Below the pieces are notes generated by a model, which was not told the DNA's origin, did no database searches, and saw nothing but the letters and a program-made list of their open reading frames with translations. A stretch of DNA of 56,477 bases, the filler included, from Nitrospirota bacterium (GTDB lineage: Bacteria; JACPQY01), in NCBI GenBank assembly GCA_016180645.1. It is 2 parts of 2 records of this genome, joined end to end, with 100 filler letters (N's around TTAATTAATTAA, not from the genome) between each part and the next. Parts side by side here need not be neighbours in the genome. Positions count along the whole stretch, not along the records: positions 29,508 to 56,477 come from JACPAV010000044.1; 1 more part is not named here. The stretch is one strand, 5' to 3'. Positions 45,256 through 54,900 of this stretch are shown here, in pieces. The position numbers and the translations under genes were made by a program. Within the stretch, counting starts at the first letter, position 1, and each line of letters starts with the position of its first letter.

Positions 45256-45330
45256 GTCCCCGTCGTCTAGCCTGGCCTAGGACACAGCCCTTTCAAGGCT
45301 GTAACACGAGTTCAAATCTCGTCGGGGACG
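45256..45330 (+). tRNA. tRNA-Glu (TTC), CCA not encoded
   Basis: Acceptor stem GTCCCCG/CGGGGAC, anticodon arm CAGCC-CTTTCAA-GGCTG. Confidence 0.95.
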
Positions 45331-45428
45331 CTCCTGTGGTTCATGAGGAAAGAGGGTCCAGGGCTTTTCGTTCCGGCCTCCTGCCTGACGAGGCCGATCC
45401 CTCCGTGGCGCGGCGAAGAATCGTGCAG

Positions 45429-45443
45429 CGGAGAGGGAGGGAT
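45429..45443 (-). repeat. 15-bp duplicate of the tRNA-Ser 3' end (from the T-loop)
   Basis: CGGAGAGGGAGGGAT, identical to 45534-45548. Confidence 0.85.
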
Positions 45444-45533
45444 CAACAAATGGCTCTCCTGCAATTTGTTCATCCCCAAAGTTGTCGCGCATCCTGCGCT
45501 CCATGGAGGTCTCTCCGAATACGCTTCGCGTAT

Positions 45534-45620
45534 CGGAGAGGGAGGGATTCGAACCCCCGGTCCCCGTAAGAGGACGCCCGCTTTCAAGGCGGGTGCTTTC
45601 GGCCGCTCAGCCACCTCTCC
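45534..45620 (-). tRNA. tRNA-Ser (TGA), long variable arm, CCA not encoded
   Basis: GGAGAGG...CCCGC-CTTGAAA-GCGGG...GTTCGAATC...CCTCTCCG. Confidence 0.95.
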
Positions 45621-45730
45621 GTGAAACTGTGCAGGCCATCGGAAACGTCTCCAGTCTATCTCGCCCATCCTTCCATGGCCCGCCTTATCCGGCAATGGAG
45701 TCGGCCCTCCTGGCCTCCATTTCCTTCCGG

Positions 45731-45767
45731 TCAAGGCGGGTGCTTTCGGCCGCTCAGCCACCTCTCC
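45731..45767 (-). repeat. 37-bp duplicate of the tRNA-Ser 5' half (ends exactly after the anticodon)
   Basis: Identical to 45584-45620. Confidence 0.93.
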
Positions 45768-45782
45768 TCATGAATTGTGGTC

Positions 45783-46910
45783 TTACTTCGTCGTGCTTGT
45801 GGTCGTGCCGGATGACGTGGTCCCGACCGTGGTGCCCGTGGCGGCCCCGGCGACTTTGTACGTTCCGCACCCCGTGATCTCCACGGTGACGGGGGTCGTG
45901 CCGGTGAAGATGATCTTTCCAGATTTGGCCGGCTCGTCCTCGCCGCATTTGGCCGGATCGATGACCACGTCCTTCAGCTCAACGGTTGCCTTGCCTTTGG
46001 CGCCTTGTTTGGCATCTTCGTCGTAATGAACGAACTCGCCCGTCGCGTTGACGGTGGCGGTACCGTCGGAATTCTGCGCCGCGGAGCCCTTGACGCTGTA
46101 GATATCCTGGCTGCCCCCATCGCCGCCCTCGCAGATATCGCTACTCTTCTCGTCGAACTGAACGGTCGAGCTGCTCCCTGAGATCGAGGCATGATCCTCG
46201 ATGGCGCACTTTCCCTTCTTGCCCAGGACCGTCAATTCCGTCGTGAGGGAAAGATCTCCCTTGGCCGTGAAGGAGGAGGTGCCCACCGTAAGCCCGGTTG
46301 AGGTGAAAAGGCCTTGGCCGGTGAACGACGCACCGAACGCGTCGCCCGAGGTGAGCGTCAGCCCATCGAACTTCATGCCGATCGCCGCATCGCCCTTGGT
46401 GAGATCGGACGTCCCCTGGATGAGGAGTGCTCCTTCGACACGAAACCCTTCAGGAGTCGTGCAACCGCCCTTGATCTGGACATCGACAGTCGAGCCGCTG
46501 GTGTTGTTGACCGTGGTGGGGCAAGGGCCGGAGGTCTGACGGGAGAGAGAGCGGCGCAGGAGGCGTCGGGGGGCTCCCGACATGCCGAAAAAGTCATCGC
46601 CGATCGACGCGATTTCGTTCGGATCGATGCTGCTCTTGATTTGTCCAAAGTGTACCGTTTCGAGCAAGTCGGCGGTGATCTCCTCGGCTCCGGCCGCGGC
46701 TTCCTTGGAGCCGTAGGCGGCTTGGGACAGCCCCGAGAGGGTCTGATCGATCTTCCCGGTGTCCTTGACGTCGGCTTCCTGAACTCCGGTTGCCGCTGAA
46801 GAGACGGCGGACCCGCCTGATGCCGCGGCTGTGGACTTGGAGGCATCCTCTCCGCAGGCCATCAGGAGCGGCACGGTGAGCAGCAGAGTTGTTTGCAGCA
46901 GGTGTTTCAT
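45783..46910 (-). CDS. Hypothetical lipoprotein, beta-strand rich
   Basis: Lipobox MKHLLQTTLLLTVPLLMAC, GGAAGG SD. Confidence 0.8.
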   Translation of the reverse strand: MKHLLQTTLLLTVPLLMACGEDASKSTAAASGGSAVSSAATGVQEADVKDTGKIDQTLSGLSQAAYGSKEAAAGAEEITADLLETVHFGQIKSSIDPNEIASIGDDFFGMSGAPRRLLRRSLSRQTSGPCPTTVNNTSGSTVDVQIKGGCTTPEGFRVEGALLIQGTSDLTKGDAAIGMKFDGLTLTSGDAFGASFTGQGLFTSTGLTVGTSSFTAKGDLSLTTELTVLGKKGKCAIEDHASISGSSSTVQFDEKSSDICEGGDGGSQDIYSVKGSAAQNSDGTATVNATGEFVHYDEDAKQGAKGKATVELKDVVIDPAKCGEDEPAKSGKIIFTGTTPVTVEITGCGTYKVAGAATGTTVGTTSSGTTTSTTK

Positions 46911-46935
46911 TCTTCCTTCCTTTCTTGAAATTGCG

Positions 46936-47529
46936 CTAGCGAGGGGCGTCCTCCACGAGACCTTCATCAAAGAATTGCCTCAGAATGCGACCGGTGGCGC
47001 CCCAGATGTCGTAACTCCCGAATTGATAGTGGGGAATGGTGAACGTGTAGAGATCGACATGCACGGGCGGGTCTTCGTGATAGATGGCCGGATTGCGCAG
47101 GGCCGCGATGGGTGCCGTAAAGATCTCCCTGATTTCCACCTCCGAGCGGATACGCGCCGCCGCTCCGTTCTTGATCCAACCCACGAACGGACTGATGCAG
47201 AAACCCGAGGGGGTCGGCTGATCGTCCAACCGGCCGAGAATGACGATGTCCGCCGATTTCACACCGATTTCCTCTTCCGTTTCGCGGAGGACGGTGTCCG
47301 TCAGATGCACGTCCGTGGAATCGGCCACGCCGCCGGGGAAAGAAATTTGCCCTTTATGGTGTTCGACCGTATCCGTCCGCACGGTGAAAAGGATATGCGG
47401 CTGATCCTCGAGGGAGAGAATGGGCAGGAGCACGGCGGCCCGGCAGAGTTTGGTGGTGGCCAGCCGCTGAACCGGTCGGTCCCGCAACGAGCGGCGCACC
47501 TCATCGGCCAGCGTGAACGGTTGGGTCAT
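46936..47529 (-). CDS. CoA pyrophosphatase (NUDIX, NudL-like)
   Basis: 'AAVLLP', 'HKGQISFPGG', 'LRETEEEIG', 'IWGATGRIL'. Confidence 0.9.
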   Translation of the reverse strand: MTQPFTLADEVRRSLRDRPVQRLATTKLCRAAVLLPILSLEDQPHILFTVRTDTVEHHKGQISFPGGVADSTDVHLTDTVLRETEEEIGVKSADIVILGRLDDQPTPSGFCISPFVGWIKNGAAARIRSEVEIREIFTAPIAALRNPAIYHEDPPVHVDLYTFTIPHYQFGSYDIWGATGRILRQFFDEGLVEDAPR

Positions 47530-47613
47530 GCTCAAAAGCATACTCCTCGGCCTCCGAATTTCAACGCGTGCACTCCCGGCACCCGTCACCGCGTGTTCCC
47601 GCTCCGATTGAGC

Positions 47614-47642
47614 TTGACCCACTCACGGTGTGATCGTAATAT
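47614..47642 (+). promoter_or_regulatory. sigma70 promoter for pilB, leaderless
   Basis: TTGACC-N17-TAATAT, 7 nt before the ATG at 47650, with no SD sequence. Confidence 0.55.
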
Positions 47643-47649
47643 TCATCGA

Positions 47650-49347
47650 ATGGCCGTTGAAGAAAAACTCGGGACCCTGCTTGTCCGAGAGAAGATGATC
47701 AGCCCGGAGCAGCTCCGGAAAGCGCTCGAAGAACAAAAAGCCTATGGCGGCCGCCTGGGATCAAGCCTCACGAAGCTCGGGTTCATCAAGGAGGAGGACC
47801 TTCTCAAATTCCTGTCCCGCGAATACGGCGTGCCCTCGGTGGATCTTCACAACGTCAAGATCGATGGCGGTATTCTCAAGACGGTCCCCCGTGACTTCGC
47901 GAAGAAGAACCGCCTCATGCCCATCAAGAAGGAGGGGGCCACGCTGACCGTGGCCATGAGCGATCCCACCAACATCGCGTTGAAGGACGAACTTCGCTTT
48001 CTGACCGGCCTCAACATCCAGCCCATGGTGGCGCCGGACCACCAAATCCAGGAGGCCATCGAGCGGCACTATTTCGTATCGGAAACGATCCGGGACGTCA
48101 TCGCCGAAGTCGGCGCGGATGAAATGGAGCTGGTCAAGGATGTCGAGGAGATCGATCTCACCGATTTGCGGGCCGCCACGCAGCAGGCGCCGGTCATCCG
48201 CTTCGTCAACCACATCATCTCGGATGCCGTGCGGCTGGGGGCGAGCGACATCCACGTGGAGCCCTACGAGAAGATTTTCCGCGTCCGCTACCGCATCGAC
48301 GGCGTCCTTCACGAGAAAATTCAGCCGCCGATTCAGCTCAAGGCCGCGATTGTGTCGCGTCTCAAGATCATGAGCAACATGGATATCGCCGAGCGGCGTC
48401 TCCCGCAGGACGGCCGCATGAAGATGCGCGTCCAGAACCGCGAGATCGACTTTCGTATCTCGATGATTCCGACCGTGCACGGTGAAAAGGTCGTCATGCG
48501 TCTGTTGGACAAGGACGCCCTCCAGGTGGACATGACGAAGCTCGGATTCGAGAAGGAGCACCTGGACGTTTTCAAGAAGGCCATCGCGCAGCCGTGGGGA
48601 ATGGTGCTGATCACCGGGCCGACCGGCTCCGGAAAAACCACCACGCTGTACTCGGCGGTGCAGGAGCTGAACAAGGTGAACCGGAACATCCTCACGGCCG
48701 AAGATCCCGTCGAGTACAACTTTTCCGGAATCAACCAGGTGCAGATCAATGAGGACATCGGCCTCACGTTTGCCGCGTGCATCCGGGCCTTCATGCGTCA
48801 GGATCCGAACATTATTCTCGTCGGCGAAATCCGCGACTACGAAACGGCGGAAACGGCTATCAAGGCGGCGCTCACGGGGCACCTGGTGCTTTCCACACTG
48901 CACACGAACGACGCGCCCACCGCGGTTACCCGGCTTCTCAACATGGGTATCGAGCCGTTCCTGATCGTATCGACGCTCCACCTGGTGGGCGCCCAGCGTT
49001 TGATCCGCAAGATTTGCCAGGAGTGCAAAGAGCCGGAAAAGGTTTCACCGGAAATACTTGGGCAGCTCGGCATTCCCAAGGAGAAATTGAATGGAGTGGC
49101 GGCCTTCAAAGGCAAAGGCTGCCGCGCGTGCAATGGGATGGGCTACAAAGGCCGGCTGGCGCTCTACGAACTCCTGCCGCTCAGCGATCCCTTGCGGGAG
49201 CTCATACTGCAAGGGGCGGCATCGACGGAAGTCAAACGCGAGGCGATCAAGGAGGGGATGAAATCTCTCCGTCAGGCCGCTCTCCAGCGGCTATTGGAAG
49301 GAACCACGACCATGGAAGAAGTTCTCCGCGTTACGCTGGCCGATTGA
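47650..49347 (+). CDS. pilB: Type IV pilus assembly ATPase PilB
   Basis: MshEN-like 'KLGTLLVREKMIS..QL..AL', 'ASDIHVEP', 'TGPTGSGKTTTLY', 'LSTLHTND', Zn motif. Confidence 0.95.
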   Translation: MAVEEKLGTLLVREKMISPEQLRKALEEQKAYGGRLGSSLTKLGFIKEEDLLKFLSREYGVPSVDLHNVKIDGGILKTVPRDFAKKNRLMPIKKEGATLTVAMSDPTNIALKDELRFLTGLNIQPMVAPDHQIQEAIERHYFVSETIRDVIAEVGADEMELVKDVEEIDLTDLRAATQQAPVIRFVNHIISDAVRLGASDIHVEPYEKIFRVRYRIDGVLHEKIQPPIQLKAAIVSRLKIMSNMDIAERRLPQDGRMKMRVQNREIDFRISMIPTVHGEKVVMRLLDKDALQVDMTKLGFEKEHLDVFKKAIAQPWGMVLITGPTGSGKTTTLYSAVQELNKVNRNILTAEDPVEYNFSGINQVQINEDIGLTFAACIRAFMRQDPNIILVGEIRDYETAETAIKAALTGHLVLSTLHTNDAPTAVTRLLNMGIEPFLIVSTLHLVGAQRLIRKICQECKEPEKVSPEILGQLGIPKEKLNGVAAFKGKGCRACNGMGYKGRLALYELLPLSDPLRELILQGAASTEVKREAIKEGMKSLRQAALQRLLEGTTTMEEVLRVTLAD

Positions 49348-49350
49348 GTC

Positions 49351-50445
49351 ATGGTCACGCTTCATCAACTCCTCAAGATCATGGTCGAGAAGGGATCCAG
49401 CGACCTCCACCTGACCACGGGCAGCCCTCCCCAACTCCGGATCGATGGAAACCTGTACCCCCTCAAGATGGAGTCGCTTTCGCCCACGGATACCAAGCAG
49501 CTCTGCTACAGCATTCTGACCGACGCGCAGAAGAAACGGTTCGAGGAGGAGAATGAACTGGACCTGTCTTTCGGCGTCAAGGGTCTGAGCCGGTTCCGTT
49601 CGAATCTGTTCGTGCAACGCGGCGCGGTGGCCGGCGTGTTCCGCGCGATCCCGTATCAGGTGCTCAGTTTTGAGGAACTCGGACTGCCACCCATCATGAA
49701 CGATCTGTGCAACAAGCCGCGGGGGCTGGTTCTGGTGACGGGTCCGACGGGATCGGGAAAGTCGACGACGCTCGCCGCGATGATCGACAAGATCAACACG
49801 GAGAATCACTACCACATCATCACGCTGGAAGATCCGATCGAGTTCCTCCACCAGCACAAGAATTGTCTTGTGAATCAGCGCGAGGTTCATTCGGACACGG
49901 AGGGCTTCGGCAAGGCGCTCAAGTACATCCTCCGGCAGGACCCGGATGTCGTTCTGGTCGGCGAGATGCGCGATTTGGAGACGATTGAGGCGGCGTTGCG
50001 AGTGGCCGAAACCGGGCATCTCGTATTCGCCACGCTCCACACGAACACGGCGGTGCAGACGATCAACCGTGTCATCGACGTGTTCCCGCCGTACCAGCAA
50101 TCGCAGGTCCGGGCGCAACTCTCGTTCGTGCTCGAGGCGATCATGTGCCAGTCGCTTCTGCCGAAGGCCGGCGGGGTGGGGCGGGCGATGTGCATGGAAC
50201 TCATGATTCCCAATCCCGCCATTCGAAACCTTATCCGGGAGAACAAGATTCACCAAATCTACTCGCAAATGCAGCTCGGGCAGGCCAAGATGGGCATGAT
50301 GACCTTCAACCAGGGGCTGATTTCGCTGTGGCAGAAGGGCACCGTTACGCTGGAGGATGCGATGTCGGTCTCGCCGGAGTATGATGAGTTTCAGCAGATG
50401 GTGAACCAGGTGAAGATGGCGCAGGCGAAAGGGAAGGCGGCCTAG
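49351..50445 (+). CDS. pilT: Twitching motility retraction ATPase PilT
   Basis: 'SDLHL', 'TGPTGSGKSTTLAA', 'AETGHLVFATLHT', 'AIRNLIRE'. Confidence 0.96.
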   Translation: MVTLHQLLKIMVEKGSSDLHLTTGSPPQLRIDGNLYPLKMESLSPTDTKQLCYSILTDAQKKRFEEENELDLSFGVKGLSRFRSNLFVQRGAVAGVFRAIPYQVLSFEELGLPPIMNDLCNKPRGLVLVTGPTGSGKSTTLAAMIDKINTENHYHIITLEDPIEFLHQHKNCLVNQREVHSDTEGFGKALKYILRQDPDVVLVGEMRDLETIEAALRVAETGHLVFATLHTNTAVQTINRVIDVFPPYQQSQVRAQLSFVLEAIMCQSLLPKAGGVGRAMCMELMIPNPAIRNLIRENKIHQIYSQMQLGQAKMGMMTFNQGLISLWQKGTVTLEDAMSVSPEYDEFQQMVNQVKMAQAKGKAA

Positions 50446-50448
50446 CGC

Positions 50449-51660
50449 ATGGCTAAGTTTGCTTGGGAGGGCCGTACCGTGCAAGGGCAGATGACGACGG
50501 GCTCCATGGAAGCACCGAGCGCGGAAGTGGCCCGCGATCTGCTCGGCCGTCGCCGCATCGAAGTGACCAAGATCACGGCGGAAGAGTCGGCATTCGCCGC
50601 GCTGAAGAACATCAAGTTGTTCCAAGGGTCGGTTACGGGGAAGGATCTCGCCGTTTTTACCCGCCAGATTTCCACCATGATCGACGCGGGCGTTCCCATC
50701 CTGCAAGCCTTGGAAATCATGGGCGCCCAGACGCCAAACAAGTATTTCCGGGGCGTGATCACGGCGGTCAAGGCCGACGTTTCCGCGGGTGCGACGTTTG
50801 CGCAGTCGCTGAAGAGGCATCCACGCGTGTTCGACCACCTCTACGTGAACCTCGTGGCATCCGGCGAGCAGAGCGGCGCGCTGCCCACCGTGCTCACTCG
50901 GCTGGCCATACAGATCGAAAAAATGGTGAAACTGAAGAGCATGGTGAAGAAGGCCATGATGTATCCGGCCGTGGTGGTCTTCGTGGCCGTGGGCGTGATG
51001 ACCCTGATGCTCGTGTACGTGATCCCGAAATTCGAAGGGATTTTCGAGGGACTGGGCGGTAAGCTGCCCCCGTTGACACAGGCGGTGATCGGATTGAGCC
51101 ATTTCCTGATCGACCATTTCGTGCTCTTTGGAGCGGCCGCGGGAGGCGCCGTCTTTGCTTTCATCCTCGGCCTCCGCAACGAAAAGTTCCGGAAAGAGGT
51201 GCACAGGATTCTTTTGCGGATGCCGATCTTCGGCACAATCATCAGGAAAATCGCATTGGCCCGCTTTGCACGGACGCTCGGCACGATGGTGACCGGCGGG
51301 CTTCCCATCATGGACTCCCTTGAAATCGTGTCGAAGGCGTCCGGCAACCTCATCGTTCAGGCCTCCGTGATGAAATTAAGGGATGAATTGTCCAAAGGGA
51401 AGACCCTCTCGGAGCCGATGTTCAAGGACAAGTTGTTCCCGCCGATGGTGGCGCAAATGGTCCAGGTGGGGGAGAACACGGGCCAACTCGAAAGCATGTT
51501 GGGAAAGATCGCGGACTACTACGAGGAAGAGGTGGACGTGACCGTGGCCGGTCTCACGAGCATTTTGGAGCCGCTTCTGATCGTGTTTCTCGGGGCAACG
51601 GTGGGCGTGATCATCGTGGCCATGTACCTGCCGATTTTCAAGATCGGCGAACTGGTGTAA
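50449..51660 (+). CDS. pilC: Type IV pilus inner-membrane platform protein PilC
   Basis: 'FTRQISTMIDAGVP', 'GEQSGAL', 'GENTGQL..ML', 'EP', 'MYLPIF'. Confidence 0.95.
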   Translation: MAKFAWEGRTVQGQMTTGSMEAPSAEVARDLLGRRRIEVTKITAEESAFAALKNIKLFQGSVTGKDLAVFTRQISTMIDAGVPILQALEIMGAQTPNKYFRGVITAVKADVSAGATFAQSLKRHPRVFDHLYVNLVASGEQSGALPTVLTRLAIQIEKMVKLKSMVKKAMMYPAVVVFVAVGVMTLMLVYVIPKFEGIFEGLGGKLPPLTQAVIGLSHFLIDHFVLFGAAAGGAVFAFILGLRNEKFRKEVHRILLRMPIFGTIIRKIALARFARTLGTMVTGGLPIMDSLEIVSKASGNLIVQASVMKLRDELSKGKTLSEPMFKDKLFPPMVAQMVQVGENTGQLESMLGKIADYYEEEVDVTVAGLTSILEPLLIVFLGATVGVIIVAMYLPIFKIGELV

Positions 51661-51685
51661 GACAGGCGCAAGGAAGGAGTACCGC

Positions 51686-51856
51686 ATGGCATTGGATCCG
51701 AAACTTCTGGAGATTCTGGCGTGCCCGAAATGCAAGGGCGACATCCATCTCACGAAAGAGGGAGATGGCCTCATCTGCGACAAGTGCAAGCTGAAGTACG
51801 CCGTCAAGGACGATATCCCCATCATGCTGATCGACGAAGCCACGCCGATCAAGTAG
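51686..51856 (+). CDS. Trm112/YcaR-family small Zn-finger protein (56 aa)
   Basis: MALDPKLLEILACPKCKG...C..C.LKYAVKDDIPIML, AAGGAG SD. Below the ORF-track length cutoff. Confidence 0.9.
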   Translation: MALDPKLLEILACPKCKGDIHLTKEGDGLICDKCKLKYAVKDDIPIMLIDEATPIK

Positions 51857-51982
51857 GGCCTCTCCCGCAGCCTGACCCGATAAGACGTCAATCTCAATCC
51901 GCCTGAGCGTTCGGCCTGCCGCGTGCTCACGTTGTGACGAAAAGACTTGACATTTGGCGGGCGATTTGCGAAACAGCCCTTC

Positions 51983-54900
51983 GTGAAGGGATACAGGGGA
52001 ATTCAAATCCGATTCGCGCCGCCGGCAGCCGTGCTTTTTCTGGTCTCGTCGCTTCAGGCCGGCATCGGCGGTCCCGGGTTTGGCACGGCCTCTAACACAC
52101 ACAAAGATATTCACGCGGACCCCGACGCCCCTGAAAAGCTCCTGATCGTCTCCGTCTCGGACGCCCCCGATCCATTCTCTCCGAATGGAGATGGAAGATA
52201 CGATCAGAACTCGATCACCGTCGACGGCACCGTCCGCCCGATCGACGGCCTGAAGGCGCAGGGCGAGTCCCACAAGGAATTCTTCTTCCGCGTCGAAGCT
52301 CGCATCCTCGATCCATTAGCCGGCCGGGTCGTCCGCAACCTCTCCGCCGATTTCCATGTCATTGCGAGCGGAGCGAAGCAATCTCGTTCCGCCGTCTCTG
52401 CCTCTGCAACATGGGACGGCAAGAGCAACTCCGGCCAAACCCTCCCCGACGGCACGTACCCCTACACCGTCGCCTCCTCCTACGTCCGCGTGGACTCCAA
52501 GACCGGCAAGGAGAAGTTGATCGATTCCGTGACGACCGATGGCGGCACGATCACCATCGACACCACTCCACCCACCTTCACCGCCCTTTCACCCGAAAAC
52601 GGATTCGTCAGCCCCGTTCCATCAGTTCAGATCACCGGAACTCTCTCCGAGAAGTCCACCCTCACAATCAATTCCCAGTCCGTCACTCTTCCACTTGATC
52701 ACTCGTTCACTTTTGACACTTCCCTCGCTCACGGAGCGAACATTCTCACTCTTCTCGCCGAGGACGCCGCCGGCAACCGAACCATGCGCACCCTCACGAT
52801 CATCTTCGACAACATCCCGCCGACCATCCAGATCCTCCGCCCCGCGCCGGATGCTTACGTCAACTCCGCAACGCCCGTCATCGAAGTCACCTACCACGAC
52901 CCCGAACCCTCCTCCGGCCTGGACCTCGCCACTCTGTCGGTCTTGGTGGATGGACATTCCATCGTCCCCGGGGACTCGTCCTCCGCAGATGACCCCATGA
53001 CGACGTTCCTCTCCATCTCCACATTCCTTTCCGACGGCCCCCACGCCCTCACCGCCTCCATCTCGGACCGCGCCCGCAACGGCGGCGACGCCGAACCCGT
53101 CTCCTTCACCGTCGACACCATCCCCCCCGTCCTATCCCTCTTTGATCCAGCCTCAGGACTGAGGACTCGGAACCCAGCACTTTTGGTTCGCGGCGCCGTG
53201 AACGAGCCGGGAGAAGTATTCGTGAACGGCGTGCCCGTTCCGCTCCAGCCCGTGGTGGCCGAGCCGATCTCTGTCGTCCCCGGCTTTACCGATCCCCCGT
53301 ACCTGAACTACGCCCCGGAGCGGGACCTGAGCGAGACCTTCGACGAGGGCATCCCCGGCGACTGGTTCCGCGGCCATACGGCCGGCAGCGGGGGCGTCAT
53401 GGCGGCCCAGGATGGGCAGGTCCTGTTTGACACGGGGCTTCAGCCGGTCGGGAGCGAGGGCAACAGCCTGGCGATGACGCCGGGCATGATGCAGCCGTTC
53501 GACACCTCCCAGGGGTTCACCGTTTCGGTCGATTTTGCGCTCGATGCCTTGCAGGGCACCGGCTTCTTCGGACTCCGCTTGGGCGATGCGACGGAACTCT
53601 CACCGGGCCGGATGAGCGAGTTCGGCTTCCGAGTCGAAACCTCCTCTCCCGCGCCGGAGGCGGGGGAAAACCCGTTGTCTTCCTGGGTCGAGGGTGTGTG
53701 GCTGCGGGCGGTCACATCGGAGGGGCGGATTTCCGAACAGAGCGATTCCTCCCTGTCCTTCTTTCCCGGCACGACCTACCGGTTCGAGATGGTCTATGAC
53801 CCCGCCGGCGCCACCTTGTCCGGTCGGGTCTCCGACCCGACGCGGCTTCTCTTTGACCGCACGATCGAAGGCTTTCGAGCGAACTACCCCGTGAGCGTGG
53901 CTGTCCAAGTGGCGACGCAGGTCTTGGACGCCGGGTCAAGCGGCGGGTGGCTTCAGGCGGACAGCCGGGTGGCGGTGCGGATGGACAACCTGATCGGCGT
54001 GAACCTGAAGCTCCCCGAGGCGTACCTCATGAGCAACTCGCCCCTTCGGATCGGCGAGACGAACTACAAGGAGATTCCCGGCCCGGCGGGGGTGCTGCCG
54101 CTGCCCGGAACGGTCTTTCTTCGGGAAGCCGCGCTCTCTCCGGAGTCGCTGGGACTCGTGACGGGCGACCGCGCCCGGGTTCCGGCGGACGTCGATCGGG
54201 ACGTGAACGCGGCGCTGCTCTCCACGAGCTTCGGGCCGAGGGTGACGGTGTATACGCATCTGGATCGATCCGGCTTCGAGGCGTTTCTCCATGCTGCCCT
54301 GGACCCCCAGGCGACGATCGACGCCTTCTTCCCCGCGTTCAAGTCCCACGGCGCGGGAAAGAGCTACACGTGGACGCTTCCGTCGCGCGGCTCCGGCCCG
54401 CCGGGCCCGCTCACGTTCACCACGCCCGTCGGTCTGGCGGAGGGTCCCAACCTCATCACCGTCACCGCCACCGACCTCGCCGGGAACGACTCCCTCCCCG
54501 TCTCCCGCGCCGTCACGCTGGACACCCAGCCCCCCCAGATCGTCTTGAACTTCCCCGCCTCGGGCCTCCGCACTCGCGACTCCACCATCCCCGTTCGGGT
54601 TTCCTATCTCGACTCCGGCGTAGGGGTCGACTTGTCGACCCTCATGATTTCCCTCGATGGCGTCAATGTTACGCCGCTCTTCGTCGCCCCCGACTTCGTG
54701 GAATTCCAGCTCACGCCACTGGATGGGAACCACACCCTCCTCGCCTCCATCCGCGACCGGGCCGGCAACTCAGCCGTCTCCGCCCCCGTCTCCTTTTTCG
54801 TCGACTCCACCCCGCCCGTTCTCACCCTCCACAGTCCCCAAGATGGCCAAATCTTCTCCACCGGCGAAGTCCTCGTGGAGGGCGAAGCGTTCGACATTTC

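Noticed and set aside
45007..45767. Prophage or genomic island att sites, or tRNA introns
   Set aside because: The spacers are only ~90-110 bp with no integrase. The intact tRNAs are contiguous, so no splicing is needed.
46831..47649. Long N-terminal extension of PilB in the ORF track
   Set aside because: It is antisense to the NUDIX gene, and PilB similarity and a promoter begin at 47650.
40851..51204. Long antisense ORFs (40851-42587, 47761-48981, 49291-51204)
   Set aside because: They are shadow frames of well-supported genes in GC-rich DNA with no recognisable motifs.
53246..54412. Intein within the third giant protein
   Set aside because: No N-terminal Cys/Ser or C-terminal His-Asn junction, and no LAGLIDADG motif.
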